From the NCBI GenBank assembly GCA_051251915.1, contig JBPOGF010000016.1, forward strand, positions 42,266 to 106,265: a DNA stretch of 64,000 nt. The letters are read 5' to 3'. Below are positions 27,969 to 36,485 of this stretch, piece after piece (the stretch's first letter is position 1; each line of letters starts with the position of its first letter). The notes beneath the pieces are model-generated. The model had not been told where the DNA came from. It saw only the letters and a program-made list of their open reading frames with translations, and made no database searches. The position numbers and the translations under genes were made by a program. This DNA comes from Akkermansiaceae bacterium. GTDB lineage: Bacteria > Verrucomicrobiota > Verrucomicrobiia > Verrucomicrobiales > Akkermansiaceae.

Positions 27969-28978
27969 ACGAATACGAAGAGAATCATTCCGAGAGTAAC
28001 GAACCAATATCACCGTTGGCTCCACCAAGGCAGCAGGATCCTGTGCAGGGGTTGATCAGCAAGATCAGGCAGGAGCTTAAGCGGGTGTTCTTTGGGCAAG
28101 ATGTGGTGGTGGATCAGGTATTGGCGACATTTCTTGCAGGTGGGCATGTGCTGCTGGAAGGTAAGCCGGGCTTGGGGAAGACGCACTTGGTTGTGGCTCT
28201 GGCGAATACGTTTGGTGGTGCTTTCAGGAGGATCCAGTTTACACCGGATTTGATGCCGAGTGATGTGACTGGTTTCACGCTTTATGATATGGGGAGCCAG
28301 ACGTTCCAGGTTCGGAAGGGTCCGGTGTTTACTAATTTGCTATTGGCTGATGAGATTAACCGTGCTCCGGCTAAGACGCAGGCTGCGCTGTTAGAGGTGA
28401 TGCAGGAGCAGCAGGTTACTATTGATGGGACGAGTCATGAGTTGAGCTCTCCATTTATGACGTTGGCAACGCAGAACCCTATCGAGCAGGAGGGGACTTA
28501 TCCTTTGCCAGAGGCGCAGTTGGATAGATTTTTGATGAAGGTGATCATTGATTACCCGAATAATGAGGATGAGACTACTGTGGTGAATCAGGTGACGAGT
28601 GGGGGTGGGCTAGATCCATCCGAGGTGGAGACTGTTTGTGATCCGCAGACGATAGTGGAAGCTCAAAAGCGAGTTTCACAGGTGCGCTGTGTGGAGGAAG
28701 TGGTTCAGTATGCTGTGAATCTTGCTCGTGCTACACGAACTGCGCAGGGGATAAGTCTGGGTGCTGGGACTCGTGGAGCGATTAGTTTGATCAAGGTGGG
28801 TAAAGCGGTGGCGGTTATGTCAGGGAGAGACTTTGTGACTCCTGATGATGTGAAATATGCTGCGCTTCCTGTTCTTAGGCATCGAATCCAGCTAGCACCT
28901 GAACTGGCTATCAGTGGGCAGAATGTGGATGATGCGCTTAATGCTATTATTGCGGGAGTGGAGGCTCCTAGAGTTTAA
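27965..28978 (+). CDS. MoxR-family AAA+ ATPase
   Basis: GKPGLGKT, RIQFTPDLMPSD, LADEINRAPAKTQAALLE, AQLDRF. Confidence 0.95.
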   Translation: MNEYEENHSESNEPISPLAPPRQQDPVQGLISKIRQELKRVFFGQDVVVDQVLATFLAGGHVLLEGKPGLGKTHLVVALANTFGGAFRRIQFTPDLMPSDVTGFTLYDMGSQTFQVRKGPVFTNLLLADEINRAPAKTQAALLEVMQEQQVTIDGTSHELSSPFMTLATQNPIEQEGTYPLPEAQLDRFLMKVIIDYPNNEDETTVVNQVTSGGGLDPSEVETVCDPQTIVEAQKRVSQVRCVEEVVQYAVNLARATRTAQGISLGAGTRGAISLIKVGKAVAVMSGRDFVTPDDVKYAALPVLRHRIQLAPELAISGQNVDDALNAIIAGVEAPRV

Positions 28979-29003
28979 CAGAAGTAGAAAAGAGATAGAA
29001 ATT

Positions 29004-30455
29004 TTGTTAGAACATTTTCCATTGGTATTAGCTGAGGTGTATCTTGAGTTCCTGAAGAACTTAGGGCTCTTCATTGTCGCGCCTGTTGTGATCTGTACTG
29101 TTTTGTGGGGTCAGCTTAAGGTGCGACCTACGAAGAAGGTTATCTGGGGGATTACTATCTGGATCGCTGCGTGGTTAGGGTGGAAGATTCTGGGCTATGC
29201 CGATGCTGGCTGGGTAGAAACCTTAGTGAAGGTTCTGGGGTATGTGTGGCAATATGGGTTGTTGTTTTTTGCGGGATTGGTGGTGTTGGATTTCTGTGTG
29301 TTGTTGGTGTTACCATCTCCTAGTACTGCGCGAAAAGCGCCGTCAAGGTTTGCTAGTGGGGTGAGTAGTGATGTGGAGGTGAAGATCTCTAACAATTCTG
29401 CGTTTTCGATGAAGGTGATGTTTCATGATGGTCTGCCGATGGAGGCGATCTGTCAGGCGTTGCCTTGGAGAGGGCAGTTGCCATCGAATGGATTTCATAA
29501 GATTACTTATCCATTGGAGTTGATTGAGCGGGGGGATACAGTGATAGAGAAGTCTTACTTGGAGTATCGCACGCTGTTAGGGCTTTGGTCGCGGCAGGTG
29601 CGGAGTGGTGAGGAAGTGGAGACGAAGGTGTATCCGAATTATGAGCCGATCGTTAGATACGCGTTGTTGACGATGGAGAGTAGTCCTGAGCAGATGGGGA
29701 TAGTGATGAAGAATCGTATTGGGATGAGTAAGGAGTTTCATCAACTACGAGATTATCAGTTGGGGGATATGCTTTCGCAGATTGACTGGAAGGCGTCATC
29801 TAAGCATCGTTCGTTGATTAGTAGGGATTATCAGGAGCAGAAGGACCAGAATGTTATTTTAGTGGTTGATTGTGGTAGGAGGATGCGTGCTGTTGATGGT
29901 GGGATTCCTCAGTTTGATCATTGTTTGAATGCAATGCTGTTGCTTTCTTATGTTGCTTTGAAACAGGGGGATCATGTGGGGGTATTGAGTTTTGGTGGGA
30001 CTGAGAGGTGGTTGCCGCCGGTGAAGGGTGTGCAGTCGATGACGACTTTGTTGAATCATTTGTATGATTATAAAACGACGGCTAGTCCGAGTGATTTCTC
30101 AGAGGCTGCTGAGCGGTTGTTGACGCGTCAGCGGAGGCGGGCATTGGTGATTGTGCTGACGAATGTGAGGGGTGAGGATGGGCATGAACTGGTAGAGCCG
30201 TTGCGTAAAATAAGGCAGAAGCATGTGGTGATGGTGGCTAACCTTCAAGAGAAAGAAGTGATGGATAGGTATAAGAAGGAAGTTACTGGGCTTGATGACG
30301 CTTTGACACTTGGTGCTACGCAGATGTATCTGGACGAGCGAGCAGCGATTATGAGGCAGCTGGAAAGCCATGGGGTGAGCACGGTGGATGCTACGGCGCA
30401 AAACTTACCTGTAGCGCTGGCTAACCGCTATTTAGCGGAGCGGGAGAGTGTTTAG
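29004..30455 (+). CDS. DUF58 / vWA-domain protein
   Basis: EFHQLRDYQ.GD...IDWKAS, MIDAS-like VDCGRRM; N-terminal TM helices. Start uncertain (TTG 29004 or GTG 29037). Confidence 0.85.
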   Translation: MLEHFPLVLAEVYLEFLKNLGLFIVAPVVICTVLWGQLKVRPTKKVIWGITIWIAAWLGWKILGYADAGWVETLVKVLGYVWQYGLLFFAGLVVLDFCVLLVLPSPSTARKAPSRFASGVSSDVEVKISNNSAFSMKVMFHDGLPMEAICQALPWRGQLPSNGFHKITYPLELIERGDTVIEKSYLEYRTLLGLWSRQVRSGEEVETKVYPNYEPIVRYALLTMESSPEQMGIVMKNRIGMSKEFHQLRDYQLGDMLSQIDWKASSKHRSLISRDYQEQKDQNVILVVDCGRRMRAVDGGIPQFDHCLNAMLLLSYVALKQGDHVGVLSFGGTERWLPPVKGVQSMTTLLNHLYDYKTTASPSDFSEAAERLLTRQRRRALVIVLTNVRGEDGHELVEPLRKIRQKHVVMVANLQEKEVMDRYKKEVTGLDDALTLGATQMYLDERAAIMRQLESHGVSTVDATAQNLPVALANRYLAERESV

Positions 30456-30510
30456 GGAATTAGGAATTAGGAATTAGGAATTAGGAATTAGGAATTAGGA
30501 ATTAGGAATT
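30456..30510. repeat. Perfect heptanucleotide tandem repeat (GGAATTA) x7 plus a 6-nt partial unit
   Basis: Read directly; lies between convergent DUF58 and tmk and overlaps the tmk stop. Confidence 0.95.
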
Positions 30511-31104
30511 TTTGAGGGAAATTTGTAGCATTTGGTTGTGGATTTCTGGGATGGATTTTGATGAGTCTATGATGTGGGCGAAGGGTTCGTGGCTGACGCT
30601 GAGGAATGTGTCGCGGCAGTATTGTAGGGCGTCGCGTTGTTCGAATTCGTTGGTGGTGTCTCCGCGGACTCCGATTCTTTCTCTGGCTTGGTCTACGCAG
30701 AGGTCTAGGATGAAGAGTATGTCTGGGTTGGGGGCGAAGCTTAGGTTGGTTTCGCGGATTTCTTGTTGGTCAAACCCTCGTTGTCCTTGGTATGCCATGG
30801 TGGAGAAATAGTAGCGGTCGAGGATGACGGTTTCGCCTCGGTTGAGGGCTGGGAGGATGATCTCGTCTAGGTGGTGTTTTCTGTCTTGGTGGAAGAGGTC
30901 TAGTTCTTCTTGTGGTGAGAGTCTGCCAGTGGTGGCGCTGTCGCGGAGGATTTTTCCGTAGGGGCCGTCTGATGGTTCGCGGTCTAGGACGACGGTTTTG
31001 CCAGCGTCTTCTAGTGCTTGTTTGAGCATTTTGGCTTGGGTGGATTTCCCGGTGCCATCGATACCTTCGATGACGATGAATAGTCCTGTGTCTGAGCGTT
31101 TCAT
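30502..31104 (-). CDS. tmk: Thymidylate kinase
   Basis: FIVIEGIDGTGKSTQ, REP, LDRYYFSTMAYQG. Confidence 0.95.
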   Translation of the reverse strand: MKRSDTGLFIVIEGIDGTGKSTQAKMLKQALEDAGKTVVLDREPSDGPYGKILRDSATTGRLSPQEELDLFHQDRKHHLDEIILPALNRGETVILDRYYFSTMAYQGQRGFDQQEIRETNLSFAPNPDILFILDLCVDQARERIGVRGDTTNEFEQRDALQYCRDTFLSVSHEPFAHIIDSSKSIPEIHNQMLQISLKNS

Positions 31105-32187
31105 TTAAACTTCGTCTTCAGGGTAAAGGTGTCTGTATTTGATAGATTCACAGGCGACTAGTGCGGCGGTGCCTGCGATCATTTCAACACTGGCTGTCAT
31201 GGGTACCTGAGCGGCGTGGCGGGTGAGGCCCATGATGAGCTGGCCGTAGCAGTTGGTGTTGGCTACGTGTTGGAGGAGTTTGTAGGCGATGTGTGAGGCG
31301 TCGAGATTGGGGAAAACGAGGACATCGGCAGGTTGTTGGGCGCGGGTGTCATTGAGTTTTATTTTAGCAGCTACGGCATCGAGCGCTACATCTGCCTGGA
31401 GTTCACCGTCGATTTCTATATCAAGATATTCTTTGCTGATGATGTCTTTGGCTAGAACGGTGGCGGCTTGCATTTTAAGTGATGATGCGCTTTTCATGCT
31501 GCCGTGGGTGGAGTGGCTGAGCATGGCTACTCTGGGAGTGCGGCCAAGTAGGTGGTGCGCTAGCTTACCGGTTTCTATGGCGATGGATGCAAGCTCGGTG
31601 ACATCTGGCTCTGGGTTAATTCCGCAGTCAGCGAGTAGAATGAGGCCGTCTTTGCCGAAGTTTTCTATGTGTGGGGCGGTCATGGCGACTACTCCGAATC
31701 GTTTGGGGACGTGAGCTAGGGGTTTGATGAAATTTGCCACGGCTCTGGCGATGGCTGCGGGCTGAGATTTATTACCTGATATGATGCCGTCTGCTTGGCC
31801 GTATTGGACCATCATGGCGGCAAAGTTGTGTGGTCTTGAGATGAGTTCTCTGGGGTCGTCAATCACTTTGCCTTGATATTTAGCGATATTTGCTAGTCTG
31901 CTACAGAAGAGCGGAAGGTCAGATGCCTTCTTAGGATCTAGGATATGGATGAAAGAGGTGTCTATTTTGTGATTAATAGCGAGCACTTTGATGCGGGCTT
32001 TATCTCCAAGGAGAATGGGTGCAATGATCTCATCTTTAACGAGTCTTGCGGCGGCTTCAAGCACGCGGATATCTTCACCATCAGTGAAAACTATACGTTT
32101 TGGGTGTCTTTTTAGTGAGTCATGCAGTCTCGCTTTGAGTTTGTCTGATGCGTTGTTTGACTCGTTGGGGTCAGTTTTCTCTTTCAT
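31105..32187 (-). CDS. Phosphate acetyl/butyryltransferase-family protein, probably catalytically degenerate
   Basis: RIVFTDGEDIRVL, ADCGINPEP, VAMLSHST.GS, DGELQADVAL, FPNLD; the DLSRG motif is replaced by QVPMT. Confidence 0.8.
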   Translation of the reverse strand: MKEKTDPNESNNASDKLKARLHDSLKRHPKRIVFTDGEDIRVLEAAARLVKDEIIAPILLGDKARIKVLAINHKIDTSFIHILDPKKASDLPLFCSRLANIAKYQGKVIDDPRELISRPHNFAAMMVQYGQADGIISGNKSQPAAIARAVANFIKPLAHVPKRFGVVAMTAPHIENFGKDGLILLADCGINPEPDVTELASIAIETGKLAHHLLGRTPRVAMLSHSTHGSMKSASSLKMQAATVLAKDIISKEYLDIEIDGELQADVALDAVAAKIKLNDTRAQQPADVLVFPNLDASHIAYKLLQHVANTNCYGQLIMGLTRHAAQVPMTASVEMIAGTAALVACESIKYRHLYPEDEV

Positions 32188-32411
32188 GATAGTAAGATTT
32201 TTACGATGTTTGGAGAATATGAATAAACTTTGCGTGTGGGCAACTGAAATGTGAGGGATGTTGACTAAAAAAAGCAGTATTTTTTGCAGATAACTATCGT
32301 GAATGACTTGACTTTTAGTATCAAGTGGCTTTATGGATGCTTCCAACATCCGATTTCTCGACGAAATAACCTACAGTAGGCGGATCAATAACACATAACA
32401 AAATCACTCAG

Positions 32412-33458
32412 ATGGCGGCTAAAATCTATACAAATAAGGACTGTAATCTCGCTAGTATTAAGCGTAAAAAACTTGCAGTAATCGGTTTCGGATCACAGGG
32501 ACATGCACATGCCCTTAACCTAAAAGAAAGCGGATGCGATGTAACCATCGGTCTCTATGCTAAATCAAAATCACGTGCAGTGGCTAAGAAGCTAGGCTTC
32601 GAGGTAATGAGCACAGCTGATGCAGTGAAAGAGTGTGATGTGATCATGGTCGCTCTTCCTGATACAGTAATTCCTGAAGTGTATGAGGCGGAGATCGCTC
32701 CAAACCTTCGTAAGGGACAAACACTCATTTTCTGTCACGGCTTCGCAGTTCACTTTGGTTTCATTTCAGTTCCTACTGATGTGAACGTGATCATGGTGGC
32801 ACCTAAGGGACCTGGACACACAGTTCGCTCACAGTATGTAGCTGGTAAGGGAGTTCCTACTCTCATCGCTATTGAGAATGACGCTACTGGCAAGGCTAAG
32901 AACATTGCACTTGCATGGGCTAAAGGCATTGGTGGTTCACGCGCAGGTGTTTTCGAGACAAACTTTAGAGAAGAGACAGTGACTGACCTATTTGGTGAGC
33001 AAGTGGTTCTCTGTGGTGGTGCATCTGCACTTGTTAAGGCTGGATTCGAGACTCTCGTTGAAGCTGGATACGCACCAGAAATGGCATATTTCGAGTGTCT
33101 ACATGAGCTTAAGCTTATTGTTGACCTTATGGTTGAGAGTGGAATTGCAGGAATGCGTTTCTCTATCTCAGAGACAGCTGAATACGGTGACGTAACAGTA
33201 GGGCCTAAGATCATTAACGATTCAGTGAAGAAGCGTATGGCTGCACAGCTTAAGCGCATTGAGAAAGGTCAATTCGCTAAAGAGTGGATGGCTGAATACC
33301 AAGGTGGCTGCAAGGAGTTCAACAAGATCCGTGAAGAAGGCAAGAAGCACGAGATCGAAAAAGTTGGTGAGAAGCTTCGCGGCACAATGAGCTGGATTAA
33401 GAAGTCAAAAATTGGCAAGGGAACTTCCCAAGCGTCATACGAATCAGCTTCTAACTAA
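32412..33458 (+). CDS. ilvC: Ketol-acid reductoisomerase
   Basis: IGFGSQGHAHA, MVAPKGPG, TDLFGEQVVLCGG, AYFECLHELKLIVDL. Confidence 0.97.
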   Translation: MAAKIYTNKDCNLASIKRKKLAVIGFGSQGHAHALNLKESGCDVTIGLYAKSKSRAVAKKLGFEVMSTADAVKECDVIMVALPDTVIPEVYEAEIAPNLRKGQTLIFCHGFAVHFGFISVPTDVNVIMVAPKGPGHTVRSQYVAGKGVPTLIAIENDATGKAKNIALAWAKGIGGSRAGVFETNFREETVTDLFGEQVVLCGGASALVKAGFETLVEAGYAPEMAYFECLHELKLIVDLMVESGIAGMRFSISETAEYGDVTVGPKIINDSVKKRMAAQLKRIEKGQFAKEWMAEYQGGCKEFNKIREEGKKHEIEKVGEKLRGTMSWIKKSKIGKGTSQASYESASN

Positions 33459-33486
33459 TCACTAGATAACATTTAATACCATAAGT

Positions 33487-33525
33487 AGATCCATCCGGTA
33501 TTAGCTGGATGGATCTTCTTTTTTT
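33487..33525 (+). terminator. Rho-independent terminator of ilvC
   Basis: AGATCCATCC...GGATGGATCT stem followed by a T-run. Confidence 0.8.
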
Positions 33526-33681
33526 AGAGAAGTCTGCAAAACCGCAAATGTCTGAAGTATAGGCTAGTTCTGACTCAGGTTTAGGAATTATTTTAAGTGA
33601 GATTATTACGCATCTCTTCCTTGCATAATCGGCAGTTTTCTATTTCACTCCACCTCACCAAGAGGGAAATCATTTACCAAC

Positions 33682-34908
33682 ATGGCACTCATCGTTCAAA
33701 AATATGGAGGCACATCAGTAGGATCGCTTGACCGCATCCGCAATGTAGCTAACCGCATCAAGGCACTTCGTGAAGAAGGCAATCAAGTAGTAGCAGTCGT
33801 CTCCGCGATGGGTGGAGTGACTGATAAGCTTATCTCTATGGCTACTGAGTTAAATTCTAATCCACCAGAGCGGGAGATGGATGTGTTGCTATCTACGGGT
33901 GAGCAGCAGTCGATAGCTCTTGTGACTATGGCGCTACAGGAAATGGGCGTGGAGGCGGTATCTGTGACTGGTAGGCAGGCTGGTATTATGACTACGGGGT
34001 CGCATACGCGGGGTAAGATAGAGTCGATTAATCCTGATATGATGCAGGGTTTTCTCGATGATGGGAAGGTGATCATTTGTGCTGGCTTCCAGGGGTTGCG
34101 CACTGATGGCATGATACATACGCTTGGTAGGGGAGGTTCTGACCTTACTGCTATAGCTGTGGCGGCGGCGTTGAAGGCTGATGTTTGTCAGATTTTGACC
34201 GATGTGGATGGTGTATACACTAGTGATCCACGAGTGGTAAAAGATGCTCGTAAGTTACCAGAAATTTCTTATGATGAGATGCTAGAGATGGCGTCATCTG
34301 GTACGAAAGTGATGCAGTCACGCTCAGTAGAATTTGCAAAGAAATATGGAGTTGTCTTCGAGGTCCGCTCCAGCCTCAATAATAATCCAGGAACCATAGT
34401 AACAGAAGAACACGATAAAATGGAAGCAGTAGTCATCAGAGGCGTATCGATAGAACGCTCACAAGCCCGAGTCACCATCACTGGCATCCCAGACGAGCCA
34501 GGAATGTCAGCCACCATCCTTACTTGCTTAGCAGATGCGGAGGTGAACATCGACATGATCATTTCTAACACAGCGTATGATGGACTTGCGCGACATTCGT
34601 TCACTATGCACAGCAATGATCTTGGAAGAGCTCAGGCTGCGCTTAAGCCATGCATTGCAGAGTTAAGTTCTGATTCAGAGATCATTACTGAGGCTGGGAT
34701 TGCTAAGCTTTCTTGTGTTGGAATTGGCATGCGTTCACATTCTGGTGTGGCGGCGAAAATGTTTAAGGCACTGGGTGATGCAGGTATTAATATTGGTATG
34801 ATCACTACTTCAGAGATCAAGATCGCGGTTACTGTGGATGAGAGCAGGATCGAAGATGCGGCTAGAGCGGTGCATACTGTTTTCGAGCTTGATAAGGCTC
34901 CTGCTTAA
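33682..34908 (+). CDS. lysC: Aspartate kinase (alpha subunit, two ACT domains)
   Basis: VQKYGGTSV, VVSAMG, TLGRGGSD, TDVDGVYTSDPR, TSEIKI. Confidence 0.95.
   Translation: MALIVQKYGGTSVGSLDRIRNVANRIKALREEGNQVVAVVSAMGGVTDKLISMATELNSNPPEREMDVLLSTGEQQSIALVTMALQEMGVEAVSVTGRQAGIMTTGSHTRGKIESINPDMMQGFLDDGKVIICAGFQGLRTDGMIHTLGRGGSDLTAIAVAAALKADVCQILTDVDGVYTSDPRVVKDARKLPEISYDEMLEMASSGTKVMQSRSVEFAKKYGVVFEVRSSLNNNPGTIVTEEHDKMEAVVIRGVSIERSQARVTITGIPDEPGMSATILTCLADAEVNIDMIISNTAYDGLARHSFTMHSNDLGRAQAALKPCIAELSSDSEIITEAGIAKLSCVGIGMRSHSGVAAKMFKALGDAGINIGMITTSEIKIAVTVDESRIEDAARAVHTVFELDKAPA
34420..34908 (+). CDS. Putative in-frame internal aspartate kinase beta subunit (162 aa)
   Basis: Met247 (MEAVVIRGV) at the start of the ACT region, preceded by A/C-rich sequence resembling this genome's leaders. 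Confidence 0.55.
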   Translation: MEAVVIRGVSIERSQARVTITGIPDEPGMSATILTCLADAEVNIDMIISNTAYDGLARHSFTMHSNDLGRAQAALKPCIAELSSDSEIITEAGIAKLSCVGIGMRSHSGVAAKMFKALGDAGINIGMITTSEIKIAVTVDESRIEDAARAVHTVFELDKAPA

Positions 34909-34931
34909 GAGAACTGAACTTTTAGAAATTT

Positions 34932-34962
34932 AAAGCCCTACTTTTGCAAGTAGGGCTTTTTT
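34932..34962. terminator. Bidirectional terminator between lysC and the protease paralog
   Basis: AAAGCCCTACTT-TTGC-AAGTAGGGCTTT(TTT). Confidence 0.8.
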
Positions 34963-34988
34963 GCGTTTCGAGTTTGAAGTTATTTAGG

Positions 34989-36443
34989 TTATTCCTTGGT
35001 TCTGGATAGGCTAGGGAGGCCTTGTTTGAGGAAGTTGGTTTCTACTTTGGCGGCGGAGGCTGCGTCTAGGTAGAGCTTTTTGAGATCGTTGTCTATTTCG
35101 ATGGTGTGGATGCCGTTTTGGTCTGGGGTTTTGAAGGCTTGTACGAGGGTAGGGATGTCTGCTATGTCTTTGCCGTTTACTTTGGTGACGATGACGCTAG
35201 CGATTCTTTCGTAGCCTAGGGTGGCTTCTGTGGGGATGGTGCGGCTGAGGATGACTAGGCGGTTACGGTCTTTTTCGTAGTCTTCTGGGTGGTTGAGCGC
35301 ATCTAGGAGTTCAATGGGGGCGCGGGTTTCCCATTTTTCTCCGAAGGCTTGGAGGTAGGAGCTGGTGAGTTCTTGGAAGATGAAGCCGCCTTTGATGAGG
35401 TAGCGGGGGGCTTTGCCATACATGTGTGAGGGGATGATGCCTTCTGGGCGGCGTGTGAGGGTGACTTCTTTGGTGATGGGGGAGCCATCTCTGAGGAGGC
35501 TGAGGGTGATTTTCTCTCCGGTTTTTTTGCTACCTCCGACAAGGTGTCCCCAGTAGAGTGGGCCGTAGTTTTCTGATTGGTAGAAGCCTTTGCGGTCGAG
35601 TGTGTGGCCGTCGATGGCTAGAAGGACGTCGCCTTCTTTGATGTCTGCGTTTTGTGCGGAGCTGTTGCGGGCGACTCGCTGGATGAAGAGTCCGCCTTGG
35701 TCGTCATCAAGTTTTAGCCATGAGCGGAAGTGTGGGTCACTGGTGCGGGTGATGCTGATGCCTAGTGATGGGAAGCCGACGTAGTCTCCGTCATTGACGT
35801 CTGTTAGGAAGGCTTTGATGATTTCTGGGGCGGTGACGTCTAGGAGCTGCTCGTCGCTGCTGTAGCTGGTGAGTAGGCCTAGGAGTTTGCCGTCTTTGAG
35901 GACGGGGATGGTGAAGCTGTTGGCGGCGCCTTGCATGGAGGCTTTGATCTCGAAGGCTAGGAAGTAGTGTCCATCTACGAATGATGAGACGACGTCTGCT
36001 CCGCGGATGATGCCGTTGGTGACGAGTGTTTTGCCGTTGTCTTCTACTTGGTAGGCTTTGACTTTGTCATCGAGCTTGGGGCTAGGGGCTATTTCTAGGG
36101 GGAGCATTTTACCGATGAGTTCTTGGTGGGCTGGATCGGTGACGCTGATGAGTGCTAGGTTTGCTTCGTAGTCGATGGCGATGGTTTTGGCGGGCATTGC
36201 GGTCTTGCTGTCGACAGTTTCGATCTCGATGAAGGTGGCGTCTGCGCCCATCTCGGCGGTGGTGATGATCTGGTTTTTGCCAACTAGGACGCCGATGCCG
36301 CGACGGGTGCGGGTGGGCTTTTTCTCCCATGGCTGGGCGATGTTGTATTCCTGACTGGTGGAGGAGATCTTGAGTAGAGGTAAGTTTTCTGCTGCGAAGG
36401 TGGAGCAGAGTGTGATGAGGAAGATTGCGATGATTGATTTCAT
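34989..36443 (-). CDS. HtrA/Deg-like trypsin-PDZ-PDZ protein lacking the catalytic triad
   Basis: Collinear with the upstream protease but has TTAEM / EANLAL / GAANSF where TNAHV / DCDLA / GNSGGP are expected. Confidence 0.75.
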   Translation of the reverse strand: MKSIIAIFLITLCSTFAAENLPLLKISSTSQEYNIAQPWEKKPTRTRRGIGVLVGKNQIITTAEMGADATFIEIETVDSKTAMPAKTIAIDYEANLALISVTDPAHQELIGKMLPLEIAPSPKLDDKVKAYQVEDNGKTLVTNGIIRGADVVSSFVDGHYFLAFEIKASMQGAANSFTIPVLKDGKLLGLLTSYSSDEQLLDVTAPEIIKAFLTDVNDGDYVGFPSLGISITRTSDPHFRSWLKLDDDQGGLFIQRVARNSSAQNADIKEGDVLLAIDGHTLDRKGFYQSENYGPLYWGHLVGGSKKTGEKITLSLLRDGSPITKEVTLTRRPEGIIPSHMYGKAPRYLIKGGFIFQELTSSYLQAFGEKWETRAPIELLDALNHPEDYEKDRNRLVILSRTIPTEATLGYERIASVIVTKVNGKDIADIPTLVQAFKTPDQNGIHTIEIDNDLKKLYLDAASAAKVETNFLKQGLPSLSRTKE

Positions 36444-36485
36444 GAATGAAATGGTGTTAGAAATTGTTAGATGAACAAGTTAAGA

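Noticed and set aside
28914..29003. N-terminal extension of DUF58 overlapping moxR; similar long extensions of pta (to 32349), lipB (to 23353) and DUF3108 (to 1589)
   Set aside because: The extensions cover promoter regions or neighbouring genes and look non-coding; downstream starts fit the domain boundaries better.
30456..30510. CRISPR array
   Set aside because: Contiguous 7-bp units with no spacers and no cas genes.
33526..33681. Lysine riboswitch or attenuator upstream of lysC
   Set aside because: No recognisable aptamer, leader peptide or terminator/antiterminator pair in the short leader.
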